DNA from: Azolla caroliniana
Lineage: Eukaryota; Plantae; Polypodiophyta
Length of the DNA stretch: 64,000 bases
NCBI GenBank assembly: GCA_043228905.1
Contig: JBHGNT010000010.1
Span: 620,001 to 684,000 of the forward strand
Reading direction: 5' to 3'
Both the position numbers and the translations under genes were made by a program. The first letter of the stretch is position 1; each line of letters opens with the position of its first letter. The notes beneath the pieces were generated by a model. It was not told the DNA's origin. It saw only the letters and a list, made by a program, of their open reading frames with translations, and searched no databases. Below are positions 14,863 through 27,600 of this stretch, in pieces.

Positions 14863-17667
14863 TTAAAACATTAAGATCAGATCAGCCCATCGTGCCTTAT
14901 GACCTTTCAGGTCTTGTTGGTCACAAAAATATTTCAAGGACTCGTGGTCCGTAGTTACCACAAAGCGATTTCCATAAAGATAATGGCGCCATGTTTTGAG
15001 TGCATGTATAACTGCAAATAATTCCTTTTCTTGAATGGTATACCGACATTGAGCAGAATCAAGGTTCTTACTCTCGAATGCTATTGGTTTACCATCTTGA
15101 TACAAGATAGCACCTATAGCATAATCACTTGGATCGGTTTCAACCTCAAAAGGTTTTGAAGGATCAGGTAAAAGAAGTGAAGGAGCCTTGCAAACCAAGT
15201 CCTTGAGTTCCTTAAAGGCGAGGTCTAGTGTACCATTCCACACAATAGGGTTTGTAGACTTACGCGTTTGACCTTTTAAAATATCAGTAAACGGCGTCGT
15301 CAATTGGGAGTAATTACGAAGAGACTTTCGCAAAAACCCGACAAAACCAAGGAATGATCGAACTTCTCGAATATTCCGAAGAGTAGGCCAAAGCTTGATT
15401 TTCTCAATGCGAGAAGGATCAATTTCAACTCCTCGTTCGGTTATGAGATGTCCTAGATAAGTAATTGATTTCTTGAAGAACTCACATTTTGAGATCTTTG
15501 CATAAAACTGTTTGTCACGCAATGTTTGTAAAACAAAGCAGACATGTCTAGCATGTTCTTGTAATGTACGGCTATAAACTAAAATATCATCCAAGAAAAT
15601 AACGACAAATTTTCCAAGTTGTTCTCAGAAAATGTCATTCATTTCTTGTTGAAAAGTAGCCGGAGCATTGGTCAAACCAAAAGGCATAACCAAAAACTCG
15701 TCCTCACTTATTCGTATTTGATGGTAGCCAGTACGGAGATCAAGTTTCATAAAATACCGAGCCCCCTGGAGACGGTCAATTAGATCGTCAGCCCGGGGCA
15801 ATGGATACGAATTCTTGATCGTCACTTTATTCAAGCGTCGGTAATTAATACACATACGCCATGTGCCCTCTTTCTTTTTAACCAAGAGAACTGGTGCACC
15901 CCATGGAGATTTACTATAACGTATATAACCCATTCGTAAATAGTCCTTGAGTTGCTTAGATACCTCATCTTCTTCGGATCGACTTAAGCGATACGGAGGT
16001 ATACTTATTGGTGCAACACCAGGTACAATATCTATACGATGGTCTATAGTTCGTTTAGGAGGTAACCCATCAGGTAGTTCACTTGGAAAAACATCATGAA
16101 AATCATTTAAGATTTCATCAAGTTGTTGTTGTTCAAAATATGTTAATTGAACCGGGACATTATCGATATTGTAAACGTGAATGTCCGGATCAAGTACACA
16201 ATAAAATAACGTAGAACAAGACAGCTCGGATATTGATGGACACGAGGAAACAATCGAGAGGGATTGTTTTTTTACACATTGAATAAAATGCGTACAATCG
16301 TTCAGTACAAAAGAAATGGAATGGCGAACCCAATCAATAAATAAAGAAGAGTTTTTATTATAAAACCAGGGATAACCCAATATTACATCGGTGGTACAAA
16401 GATTCATTACATGGAAGTCTACTTCCTCTATATTAGCATCAATAGAAATTCCAAATTAATGAATCGCCTCGTTGATGTATTGTACTCTTCCATCAGCCAA
16501 GTGCACCGTGTAGGTGTGATCACTTACGGTGGGTTGGATTCCCCATATCTTAACCAAACGATCATTCACAAAATTGTGTGAGCTTCCTGAATCAAATAAA
16601 AATTGTACGGGAGATCCATTGATATACCCGTTTGCACGTAGTAAATCATTGGGACCCAATACATAGTGAGGGAAAGAACATTGACAATTACTTAAATGAT
16701 GTGTATAGACCTAAAGGACATTAGGAATCTGACCTTTATGGTCTGCAGCTTTAGCTTTGTTGTCGTGCTCTTTCCGTTGGAGCTTTCGTCATTGATCTTT
16801 TGTATGACCCTTCTTTTTGCAGAATACGCAAAAAGGATGTTGTCGCTTACAATCGCAATCCAGGAATTCGTTGGGTGTCTTGCGTTTCCCAACAAATTGC
16901 GACTGCTTAGTCCCGGGCGCTTCGTTGGGTTTGTTGTGGTCCTTCTTCGAAGTGCGTTGATAGCGAAGAACTATTTCAACGGCCTCTTCGAAGGATTTTG
17001 GATCCTTATCGTGCACTATCCAGTGATAGTCCGAATTGGGGATGCCATTGACAAAACAAGCTATCAACCAATTGTCCCCTTCTAGACCCGATTTTTGGAT
17101 TTGGGTTCTAGCATGGTGAACATAGTCTTCTAGCGAGAAAAATTTCTTGCTAGAGAGGTTCATTAAAGCTTGTGCTGCCTCGGTTCGAGAGGGAGGTTGC
17201 AGAAATTGGCCCTTAAAAACCGTGACAAAATCTGTCCAGGTATCGGGCAATTTCCCCATAGTACGAAGCCCACACCACCAGGCGGCGGCCTTACCCCCGA
17301 GTTCTCGGCCGACATATGCAATCTTCGTACTATCTGCCGTGGGATAGAGCTCAAAATGAGACTCCCATCCTCCCAGCCATGTGCAGATTGCTTCTTCGGT
17401 TCTTTCCTTTTTGTCTCCCGTAAATGGCTTAACGACAAATGATGGTTCACCTTGTCACTCATCAGGTCTATTAGTCTCACGTTGTAGACTAATGACACGT
17501 GCCTCAAGAGCACTCTGAGATTGCCGAAGTTCGGTCATCTGTTGAGCGGTGAAACTAAGGTATTGGGTTATTTGTGCCAAATACATCTCAGTGGACATTT
17601 CTCCAGGAGGATTTCCTTGAGTTCCTTCCGCTTGAGCGGATGACATCGGGTCGTTAATTTGAGCCAT
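14863..17667 (-). pseudogene. Gypsy gag-pol pseudogene (Gag, aspartic protease, RT, RNase H; no integrase)
   Basis: Gag pieces at 17667-17455 and 17259-16789 with a CxxCxxxGH knuckle. Protease FDSGSSHNF at 16659-16456. [15 protein letters not shown]...LDLRTGYHQ...[14 protein letters not shown] at 16407-15625. RT end and RH DDILVYS...EKELFAVIHALKTWRHYL...TDHESL at 15594-14863. Stops and frameshifts separate the pieces. Confidence 0.92.
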
Positions 17668-18434
17668 TTAAGATTATTTCTGGAAAAGAAATAGGATAAG
17701 GTCAGAGAGATAGTCATAACATCATGTCGTGATGTAAACATATCATGTGCAAACATTAATCGATATCATGATCTCACGTCAATACCCCTCTAGACGTATG
17801 AGATGAGGTTCAAGATCAGGTTACTATGGTAACACAAAGGTGTTTTTAAAACCATGGGGGTGACAAATAAATGTCTTTCCCTTATCTCTATATCGATTTT
17901 TTCATGGTGGCTCCCCGAGGCTCAACCATGTATGTTTGTGTCATGAATAGTTTATACACGAAAAAAATGTTAACAATAAACTATGTTTCGGTGCCCACAT
18001 ATGTGGTTTCGGCTCTTTAAGTCCTATTACGAGGACCCTGAGGTGCACTTAGACCTTAAGTCTAAACATGTGTTATAGTCATATGTATCAAGGATGTTGT
18101 ATGGTCTTGGTCATATTTGAACTCGACACCTCGAGAACAAATACATTAAACACTTGAGCCAACCAAGTAAGTTGCTCTTCTCGAATGCTTAATGTTTGAT
18201 GCGTATAAGAGATATGCGAGATCATATATGTTTTTTCTAAAAGAACATATATGTCAAGGGTCCTTATTTCGCCCTCATTTACCAAAACTATGTTGGTACG
18301 TTACCTAACCTCAAGTCACGTAATTACGATGACATACGCCAAAGTGCAACCTAATGGTCAAATACGTATATATGTGACCACATATGCCTATATTAAACAT
18401 ATCGTTATATTAAATAGCCACAAATGATGTGATC

Positions 18435-18700
18435 GAGATACGTAATCGAGGTATATACCTCTACGCACACGAAACATCCTCAAATAAGAGATCATCGTAA
18501 TACGCAATTGAGGTATTGACCTCTTACGCATACGAAACCAACCGCATATCGTTTACAGCAAATCAAGGTATTAAACTTATACGCAAACGTAACATATGTT
18601 CGTGAACGTAATACGTAATTGAGGTATTAACCTCGTACGCATACGACACTCATCACATATTATTAATATGTCCAACGAGGTATTGACCTCATGCACATAT
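18435..18700 (-). repeat. Five ~56-bp tandem hairpin units in the Gypsy 5' leader
   Basis: The core gaggt-N4-acctc (or a variant) begins at 18448, 18510, 18565, 18621 and 18677, with complementary outer arms. Confidence 0.8.
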
Positions 18701-19402
18701 GTAAACGTTTTAGATAATCAATTAAAGACCACTACAACATCATTGACTTAATGAAAAAAAATGACATATAAACTAAACACATGATTAGATGGGAGAAGAG
18801 ACAATAGAAAGAAAAATTATGGAAAGAGTTACCGAAGTTCTTTGTTGATCGTTGTCTGGATGAAGGCCGACCGCACATCGATCGATCACCATCAATCAAA
18901 CGACAAATGAAAAACAAAGAAACATTAGTACATAAATCTGATACCAAATATTATAGATCTAGGTACTAAAGTAAGCTTAAGATAAGGATAAAGTAATGAT
19001 AGATAGAAAGGAGAAAGAGAAAGAAGGGTGCCGACCCACCCGACCACCCCCGAGCGAAGGGATCGAGACGGACTCGAGCCTCGATCGGCGTCCCATACCA
19101 CCGTCGTGGCGTCGAGTCGTACCTGGTGTTGGCGCGCTCGCTACAAGAGTTGACCAACCACAAGAGCAGACTCTCAATGTAGTCAAAAGATCCTCAAATG
19201 AGGGTAGCTAAGCCTCTTATTTATAGCGATACCCAAGGCCCCCAAGCACGTTCACACTTGACCTAAGGGGTTGTCTCAATCCCGAGGATTAAAAGTAATC
19301 CACCCCTTTTTACACTCTCATTTAACCCTCACACTTATCCACATGTATAGAATACTACGGTAAATTCTCACCACGGGATATTAAATGGTCATGCCCGTAA
19401 CA

Positions 19403-21288
19403 TCTCTGGTTGCCGGTACAGTTCGGGGACAAGAAACCGGATGAGATCGATGCCACGACATGGGAGGTGATGCACATGAGGACGACGGCGTACATCCGGT
19501 GCTTCATCAACATGACCATGTACAACAACTTCAATGAAGAAAGTAAGGCTCATGAACTCTGGGAGAAGATCGGCATCATGTTCTAGAACAAGAATGTTGT
19601 TAATCGGATTTCGATATTCCAGAATCTAGTGAGGCTCCAGTATGGCGGAGCACATGAATGCCTTCCAAGGACTGATAAACCAGGCAACCTCTTTGGAAGT
19701 ACCTCTCACCGATGAGGTACTCGCATTACTCCTGCTTGGTTCCCTCCTGGATAGTTGGGAGATGCTAGTTGTCACATTCGGCAATGTCGGGCCGGAAGGA
19801 AAGCAGTTGTCCTTGGCAAGAGTAAAGTCGAGCTTGCTAGATGAAGAAGCTTGTCGGAAGGACCGGGAGTTCGGAACCGATCCGAAGGCCTTGGTCACGG
19901 AAGATGACCACAACCGGGGAAGAGGCCAGTATCGGAGTCCCCAAAACCGAGACAAATCGGGGATAAGATCTAAGTCAAGGGGGAGGCCTACTTGGTTCTA
20001 CTGTGGGAAGTCGGGACACTTCCAGAAGAACTATTGGCATTTCCAAAAAGAGAAAGAAACCGGTACTACCTATTCGAAGAGGAGTTCGGACCGGAGAGGC
20101 CCGGATCGGAAAGGAACGTCGGCGATCACGACAAGTGAAGAAGAACTGATGCTCGTTACCAAGGAGAATGAGTTGAACCTTGTCGGCGACGAGACAATGT
20201 GGGTTGTCGATTCCGGAGCGTCGTTCCACCTAACACCGGACCGGAGTCAGGAGAAGTACGTGACAAAGGTGCTTCAACGGTTCAACATGTCGGAAGTGAA
20301 ACCGGTCGGATTGACACTTCCGGCAAACTGCAAGCTATCCGGAAAACAAAGCCCGAGGACAAAGGCGGAGAAGACGGATATGATGAAGATACCATATTCC
20401 TCTGTCGTCGGAAGCTTGATGTACACGATGGTATGTACCCAGCCGGATATCGAATATGCGGTCGAAGTAGTCAGCCGGTTCATGAGCAATCCGGGAAAAG
20501 AGCACTGGAACGCGGTCAAGTGGATACTCTGGTATTTGAAAGGCACCTCGAGTATGTGCCTCCGATTCAGCTCCGGTAAACCCCTCTTGGAAGTCTTCAC
20601 CAATTCGGATATATTGGCTAATGCAGATACCAGCCAGTCTACATCTGGATATGTCATGGCTTATGCAGGGGGAGATGTTTCGTGGCAGTCGAGGCTGCAA
20701 GAGACGGTTGCGTTGTCAACCACAGAGGCAAAGTACATGGCAGCTATGGAAGCCGGCAAGGAGATAATCTGGATGAAGGACTTCATCAGAGAGCTAGGGA
20801 TCCAATAGGAGGAATACAGGCTCTACTGTGACAGTCAAAGTGCCATCCACCTTGCGAGGAACGCAACCTACCATTCCCGGACGAAACATATCCAGCGGAG
20901 GTACCACTAGATCCAGCAGAGAGTAGAAGATCAAGAGTTCGTGCTTACGAAGATCCACACGGAGGAGAACGGGTCGGACATGCTGACCAAGGTGTTGACA
21001 ACCAACAAGTTGGACGCGTGCCGAAAGCGGATCGTGTTGACGAGATATCCCATGCCGGAGTGAAGGGGGAGATTGTTGGGAAGTCGTTCCCTCAGGATGG
21101 GATCCGGTTAGGAATGAAGAGGACCCGATGAGAACCGGAAGAGAAGACATATTTGTTAAATATGTTTTGAGTAAGCCTATTGAGCCTATATTTGTAAATA
21201 GCCCTAAGTTCATATGAGTATAAATACGAACTAGGGCAATCACAGAAGTGTGTGTTGACATATTGTTGTATGTGCATAATTGTTGTAT

Positions 21289-21323
<35 letters not shown>

Positions 21324-21605
21324 CAGAGCGATACTCTGTTGTAACTGCCGCTTGGCGAAGATATAAAGCTCAAGGTCGTGCCTCTGAGTCTCTGATTATA
21401 CCTTTTCTTCATAGTGATAGTTGGAGTCTGTGGGCTCCCATGGTTTTTTCCCATTCAAGGTTTTTCACGTAAACATCTTGTGTACTCTCTATTGTTCATG
21501 TGTGTATGTGTACTAATCTCCAACCTCATTTATGTGTTTGATTCTCATTGAAGTGATTCAAGACTTGGTTGTGGCTGAGCAATATTCGGCATTATCTCTT
21601 CAATA
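19403..21605 (+). mobile_element. Copia C1 (Tnt1/Tork-like), 5' end lost and internally deleted; host of the Gypsy insertion
   Basis: Gag resumes directly after the Gypsy LTR (LWLPVQFG...ELWEKIG). ORF 19642-20808 fuses protease DSGASFHLTPDR to the RT end SQEKYV and RNase H. PPT gaagggggagat, then 3' LTR 21074-21605 (tgttggg...caata). Related to C6. Confidence 0.9.
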
Positions 21606-24600
21606 TGGGGATAGATTTACAGCTTGGGGTTGATCATTGATTATATCTAACAAAACCATAAACCCAGAACTTTGGTGCATAAGATTTACATTGATAGTGG
21701 ATTATTTCTGGACTAGGTCCCGTGGTTTTTACCTCTTTGAGGGTTTTCCACGTTAAAATTTGTGGTGTATTGTGCATAGTGTTTGTTGTGTATCTTTCTT
21801 GTTCTCTTTGAATAATCTTGCACAACATAATTTCTGTCTTACATAAGTGTTTAAGTGCTATTAAGTTTCCAATCAAGTGGTATCAGAGCGAGGTTTAGCA
21901 CGTTCTTATGGAGGCAAATTTTTCCACAATGGTTTGCTTGAATAGCACCAATTACCACAAATGGAAAGGTAAGATGAAAGATCTTCTTTTTGTGAAAAAT
22001 CTACACTTACCTGTTTTCGCAGCCACTAAATCGGAGAGCAAAACCACCTAGGAATGGCTTTTAGAGAACCAACAGGTATGTGGTTTTATTCAACAATGGG
22101 TAGGAGAGAATGTCTTAAACCATATTGTCAATGAGGGACAATGGAAACTCACTAAGGGCTCATTGGTTGTAGCGTGTGGTAAGAAATTCTCTAGTTTGTA
22201 TTTATTACAAGCATCTATCTCTACTAATCTTGTGAATGCAATTGAAAGCAACAATATGTCAGAGCTATGGCATAAAAGGTTGTCTCACATTAGTGAGACG
22301 GGACTTGATTTCCTAGCAAAGAAAAGCTTGCTTCCAGGTCTAAAAGGTACGAAGTTAGACATGTGCAATCATTTTGTGGTAGGAAAGCAAAGAAGAGTCT
22401 CATTCAAACATCATTCTTCTTCAAGAAAGGAAGAGGTACTTGAGAGGGGGCATGTTGAGAATCAAGCTCAACATAGTGCAACGTGTGAACACACCTTTTG
22501 AGAATCCATGATTACTCAAAGGTCAAGAGTCACACCACTACTCTCTACATATTATCTATGTGTCATAGAATCATATTCTATGACACATAACTAATGAGTT
22601 ACATAATCCCCATGACTATGAGTTTTCACATTCCCCAAGAGAGAGAGTGTTTGTTGTAAGTTAATGAAGAGAGAGGGTGACTCTATATAAAGCACCCTCC
22701 TCATACTTCATATTAAGTCGATTGTGACTCCTTGTAATGCTACAATTTTGTATATCCATTCTACTTGTGAAATATACATCTTCTTCTTCTTGAGTATTTT
22801 ATTTCTTGTTCTTATCTATCTTGTGTTCTCCTCTCTCCTCTATTTTTCTCTCTCTCTCACACACACACATAACACACATATCTATTCCGCTGCACAAGAA
22901 TCACCATCTATTCTTTACATGGTATCAGAGCGATTTGGTAGCTCGATCTAGCCCACTTGCCTCATCGTGATCGTGTGTTGTGCTCTACGCCGACGTTCAA
23001 GAAGAACCGGCTCATCGCTATCGTAGTACCACTACATAGCTTGTGTTCGAGAGAGAAGGAAAAGAAGAATGGAAGCTTAATTGACAATCAATACTCAAAT
23101 GGGGAGCGCTCTCCCTATTGAGAAGTTGGACCGAAACAACTTCGCATCTTGGGAACTTACAAGATGCATCAATACCTTGTTGGCCAAGGCTATTGGGATC
23201 AAGGGAGCACAAGAAAACCGACCCGACCCGAGAGATGCCGACTATGCAACGTGGGAGCAAGCGGCAAGCCAAGTGATGTATTTCTTGGCGACATGTGTTC
23301 ACAAAAACATGCTCGGGTACATTCGAGAAGCCGAGACGCCAAAGGAAGCGTGGGAGAATCTACGAAAGATTTTTGCCGCCAACACAACCGCGAGAAAGCT
23401 TCAACTCCGCCAAGAGTTGAACAACATCCAACAACAGGATATGTCCATCACGAGCTACACCTTGAAGATCAAGGAGCTTTGTGACTCGCTTCGGTCAATA
23501 AGCGTCAATGTGGAAGATGACGAAATGATGCAAATATGCCTCGACAACCTTGCACCACGGTTCGGTGCGATGCGGACCGCCGTACTAGCACGAGAGAATC
23601 CGCCCTCCTTCTTCGATCTTCAATCCATGTTGTTGGTCAAAGAAAATCATGTTCGAACAAGGAGTAACGCCTTGGAAGGCCACATGCTCTACACGCATTC
23701 GGACGGAGGAAGAGGACACGGCCGTGTAAGAAGAGGCCGATTCGGCCAAGGACAAGGCGGACGAGGCCCGACTTACGAAAACAACTCGCAATTTTGGCAT
23801 CAAGACGGAAGCCATCGAGGAACCTTCGAAAGAAGGGGGAGCTTCCATTCCGGTCCAAGTCAACAAAACTCGATCTAATGCGGATATTGCGGAAAAATCG
23901 GCCACCGCGAAGAAGAGTGCCGAAAGAAGATGCGTGAGTCGGCTTCCACTAGTCGACAACTCACCAATTACACCGCCGACTCCGAGTACGACGATTACGG
24001 TGGATTATTCGTAATGAGACATAGAGCGAATTCTATGTTGGCCTCTACTTCTACTCGTGCCTCCGGTCCGGAAGACGTATGGCTCGTCGATTCCAGTGCC
24101 TCGAACCATATGACGTCGCATCAAGAATGGTTCTGAGAACTTCGAGAGCCAGACCGACCCAGCCATGTCGAAACCGGAGACAACATTATGCACCCGATTC
24201 GGCACATCGGCAATGTTCCGATCGGAAAAGAAGGTAAGCAAATATACATTAAAAATGTCTTGCATGTACCAACTATCACGAAGAATTTGGTCTTTGTCGG
24301 CCAAATTGTAGAGCAAGGAATGCAAGTTCAATTTAATCAAGGTGGTTGCTTCATCAAAAAAGAGGGCCGACTCATCGCCCGCGGACGAAGAGAGGGCCGA
24401 ATGTTCATTCTCGACTCGCACAAGATGAAATCGGCCATGTTCGCAAAAGGCATGAAAGGCGAGTCCGACATAGAGTTATAGCACAAGCGGATTGGCCATA
24501 TCAACCTTCAAAAGCTAAAGGCGATGCAATCGAAAGGAGTCATCATCGGACTCTCGACCTTTAAAGAGAGAGAGATTGAAGGAGTATGTGCGGCTTGCCA

Positions 24601-27600
24601 ATTCGGAAAGCAACATCGGCATCCATTTCTGAGGGAGAGGAATGTAAGAAAAGGCGTACTCGACGTAATTCATTTTGATGTATGGGGACCGGCTCAAACT
24701 TCTCTAGGCATACTTGGATCTACCCGATGCGGCAAAAGAGCGAAGTGTTCGAACACTTCCAAAAATTCAAGAGTGGAGTCGAAAAAGCTACAAGTCGACA
24801 CGTACGGTTCCTTCGATCGGATGAGGCAAAGAATATTTCTCGGATGAGTTTATATCTTCAAAAAGAAGGAATTCGACGAGGATTTTTATGTCGATATACA
24901 CCACAACATAACAAAGTAGCTGAACGCAAGAATCGGCACATCCTCGAAGTAGCACAGGCTATGCTTAATGAAAAGCACATGCCGAAATCGTATTGGGCGG
25001 AAGCAGCTAACACAGCCGTCTATCTCATGAATCAATGTACGACATCCGGCGTGCATGAACTCACGCCGCACGAGAAGTTTTTTGGAAAGAAGCTGGATCT
25101 TTCACATGTTCGGATATTCGGCTCCATTGCGTATGTGCACATCCCCGACGAAAAGCGACAAAAGCTCAGCCCGAACTCAGAGAAATGTATCCTCATAGGA
25201 TACTCACTAGAGCAAAAGGGGTACAAGTGCTATAACCCCTCAACTCGAAAATCTCGAGTAAGTCGTGACGTCATTTTCAACGAGTCCGCATCCTGCTACG
25301 CACCAGAGACAACTTCGACTTCAATTCCGCTTGACCCGGATTCCGCATAGAGATAGAAACCGAAGATCGACTCACGCACATGTTCGAAGAAATCCCAATT
25401 ACGACAAGGCTTAGTTAGAAGGCCACAAGAACCCCTGAGCGATCAAAGCACATCTCGGCTGAGTCCGAAGCTAGACAAAGGGAAGGCAAAAATGTTGGAG
25501 TATGAAAACGATCATTTTGACGGCATCGAATCGACTCACTCCCTCGATAGTGAGTTTGAAGACCTTGACATCCGGACAAATGGAGTGAAGAAAGCCTTAG
25601 AATCCGCAAACGAGAAGCTCCGCCGATCCACCCGTGAAAAGAACCCCATAAGCCGATTCGGCTACAACGATTATATGGCATACCATTACGCATCTATGAT
25701 GAAGGTGGCAATAGTGCAGGAGCCGGAAACCTTTTCCGAAGCCGCGATGGATCAAAGCTATGAACAAGGAGATGCGTGCATTACGCAAGAACGAGACATG
25801 GGATCTCGTTCCTCACTGTTGAGAATCGAACTCAACTTCCCATAGATAGGTTTCACACTAGCTCATGGACATTCCAGGCTAGTTTTGTAAATAGTAGAAA
25901 GGGCGCTTGCCCTAGCTTAGTTGGTATATAAACCAACTCATTGTTACTTAGTTAATGTTGGATGTATTTTGTTTCATTAATATCATATACACTTTTGTCT
26001 ATCTCTGTCTCTTGAGCTCTCTCTCTCTCTCTCTCTCTCTGTGTTGTTACACATACACACACCTACGTTCACCTTCCATTGCATTGCAATCACCACAGAC
26101 TCCATTTCCTAACATGGTATCAGAGCGTGTGGTTGCCAGATCAAGCATTTTCGACTGTGGTGTGTTGCACGCCGACGATCAACAGAACCGACCCATCGAC
26201 AGAGAAGAAGTCACCATGAATACTCAAATGGGAAGCACTCTTCCTACTGAGAAGCTCGACAGAACGAATTTTGCATCTTGGGAATACAAGATGCATCAAT
26301 ATCTTGTCGGACAAGGCTACTGGAGCTACATCGAAGGAGCTCACGAATCACACCCCAACCCAACACACGTCGACTATCCTGCTTGGGAGCAGGCCGCAAG
26401 CCGCGTGTTGCCTTGCATCATGCGTTCATGATCACATGCTTGGCGTGGGAAAATCTCAAAAAGATTTTCGCAGCCAACATGGCCGCATGAAAGCTCCAGC
26501 TTCGTCAAGAGCTGAATAGCATCCAACAGAGGGACGTGTCAATCTCAAGCTCCTTGAAGATCAAGGAGTTATGTGACGCCCTCGGATCGATCAACATCGT
26601 CACTAACGATGACAAACTGGTGCAGATATGCCTCAGAGGCTTAGCACCGCGTTTCGGCGCAATTAGATCGGCTATTCTCGCAAGGGAGAACCCTCCCTCC
26701 TTCGACCTTCAATCAATATTGCTAGTCGAAGAGAATCACGCCCGACAGAGGAGCAACGCATCAGATGGTCATCTGCTCTACTCCCAATCGGATAATAGAA
26801 GAGATTTCGGCCGTGGAAACATAGGTCGTTTTGGACAAGGCCATAATGATCGGCGGAATCAAGGGCGTAACTCCCACCAGTGGCAAGCGGACAGGAACGG
26901 GCCCAGAGAGCTTGGCGAAAGGGGGAGTCATAACACAGGACCAAGCAATCGTCGAAACCCAGTTGAGTGTGGGTACTGCGGAAAACCCGGCCACTACGAA
27001 GAAGAGTGCCGGAAGAAGAAATGTGAGGCAGGCCGACAACTCACGAACTATGCCACGAACTTCGACTATGGCAACCGTGGCGGAATGTTCATAATGAAGC
27101 ACGAAGCACACTCGATGTCTGCATTTGCGACAACCAACGCCTCCACTCCTAATAGTGTATGGTTTGTCGATTCGGGAGCTTCCAATCACATGACTTCCCA
27201 TGAAGATTGGTTCCGGGAATTACAGAAGCCCAAACGTCCCGGATATGTCGAAATAGGTGATGATACAACTCATCCAATACAGCATATCGGGAATGTCCCA
27301 TTCGGAAACGACAGCGAACAGACCTACCTCAAGAACATATTGCATGTTCCCACCATCACGAAAAACCTGGTCTCGGTCGGCTAGATTGTAGAACAAGGAA
27401 TGCAGGTACACTTCAACAACGATGGGTGCTTTATTGAAAAAGGCGATCAAATCAGAGCTCACGACAGACGAGAAGGCTGTATGTTCATCCTTGAGTCGAG
27501 AGAAGTAAAGTCGGCTATGTACGCAAAGGGCCAGAAAGTCAAAACCGACTTAAAGTTGTGGCACAAGAGAATCAACCACATCAATCTCCAGAAGCTTCAA

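Larger units (their letters stand above)
14732..19402 (-). mobile_element. Ty3/Gypsy LTR retrotransposon (chromovirus-like RT), integrase absent, 3' LTR truncated
   Basis: 5' LTR 19402-18949, starting tgttacgggc on the minus strand. PBS tggtatcaga at 18946-18937. PPT agagggggagta at 14862-14851. The 3' LTR remnant 14850-14732 matches 19402-19285. Domain order is gag-PR-RT-RH. Confidence 0.92.
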
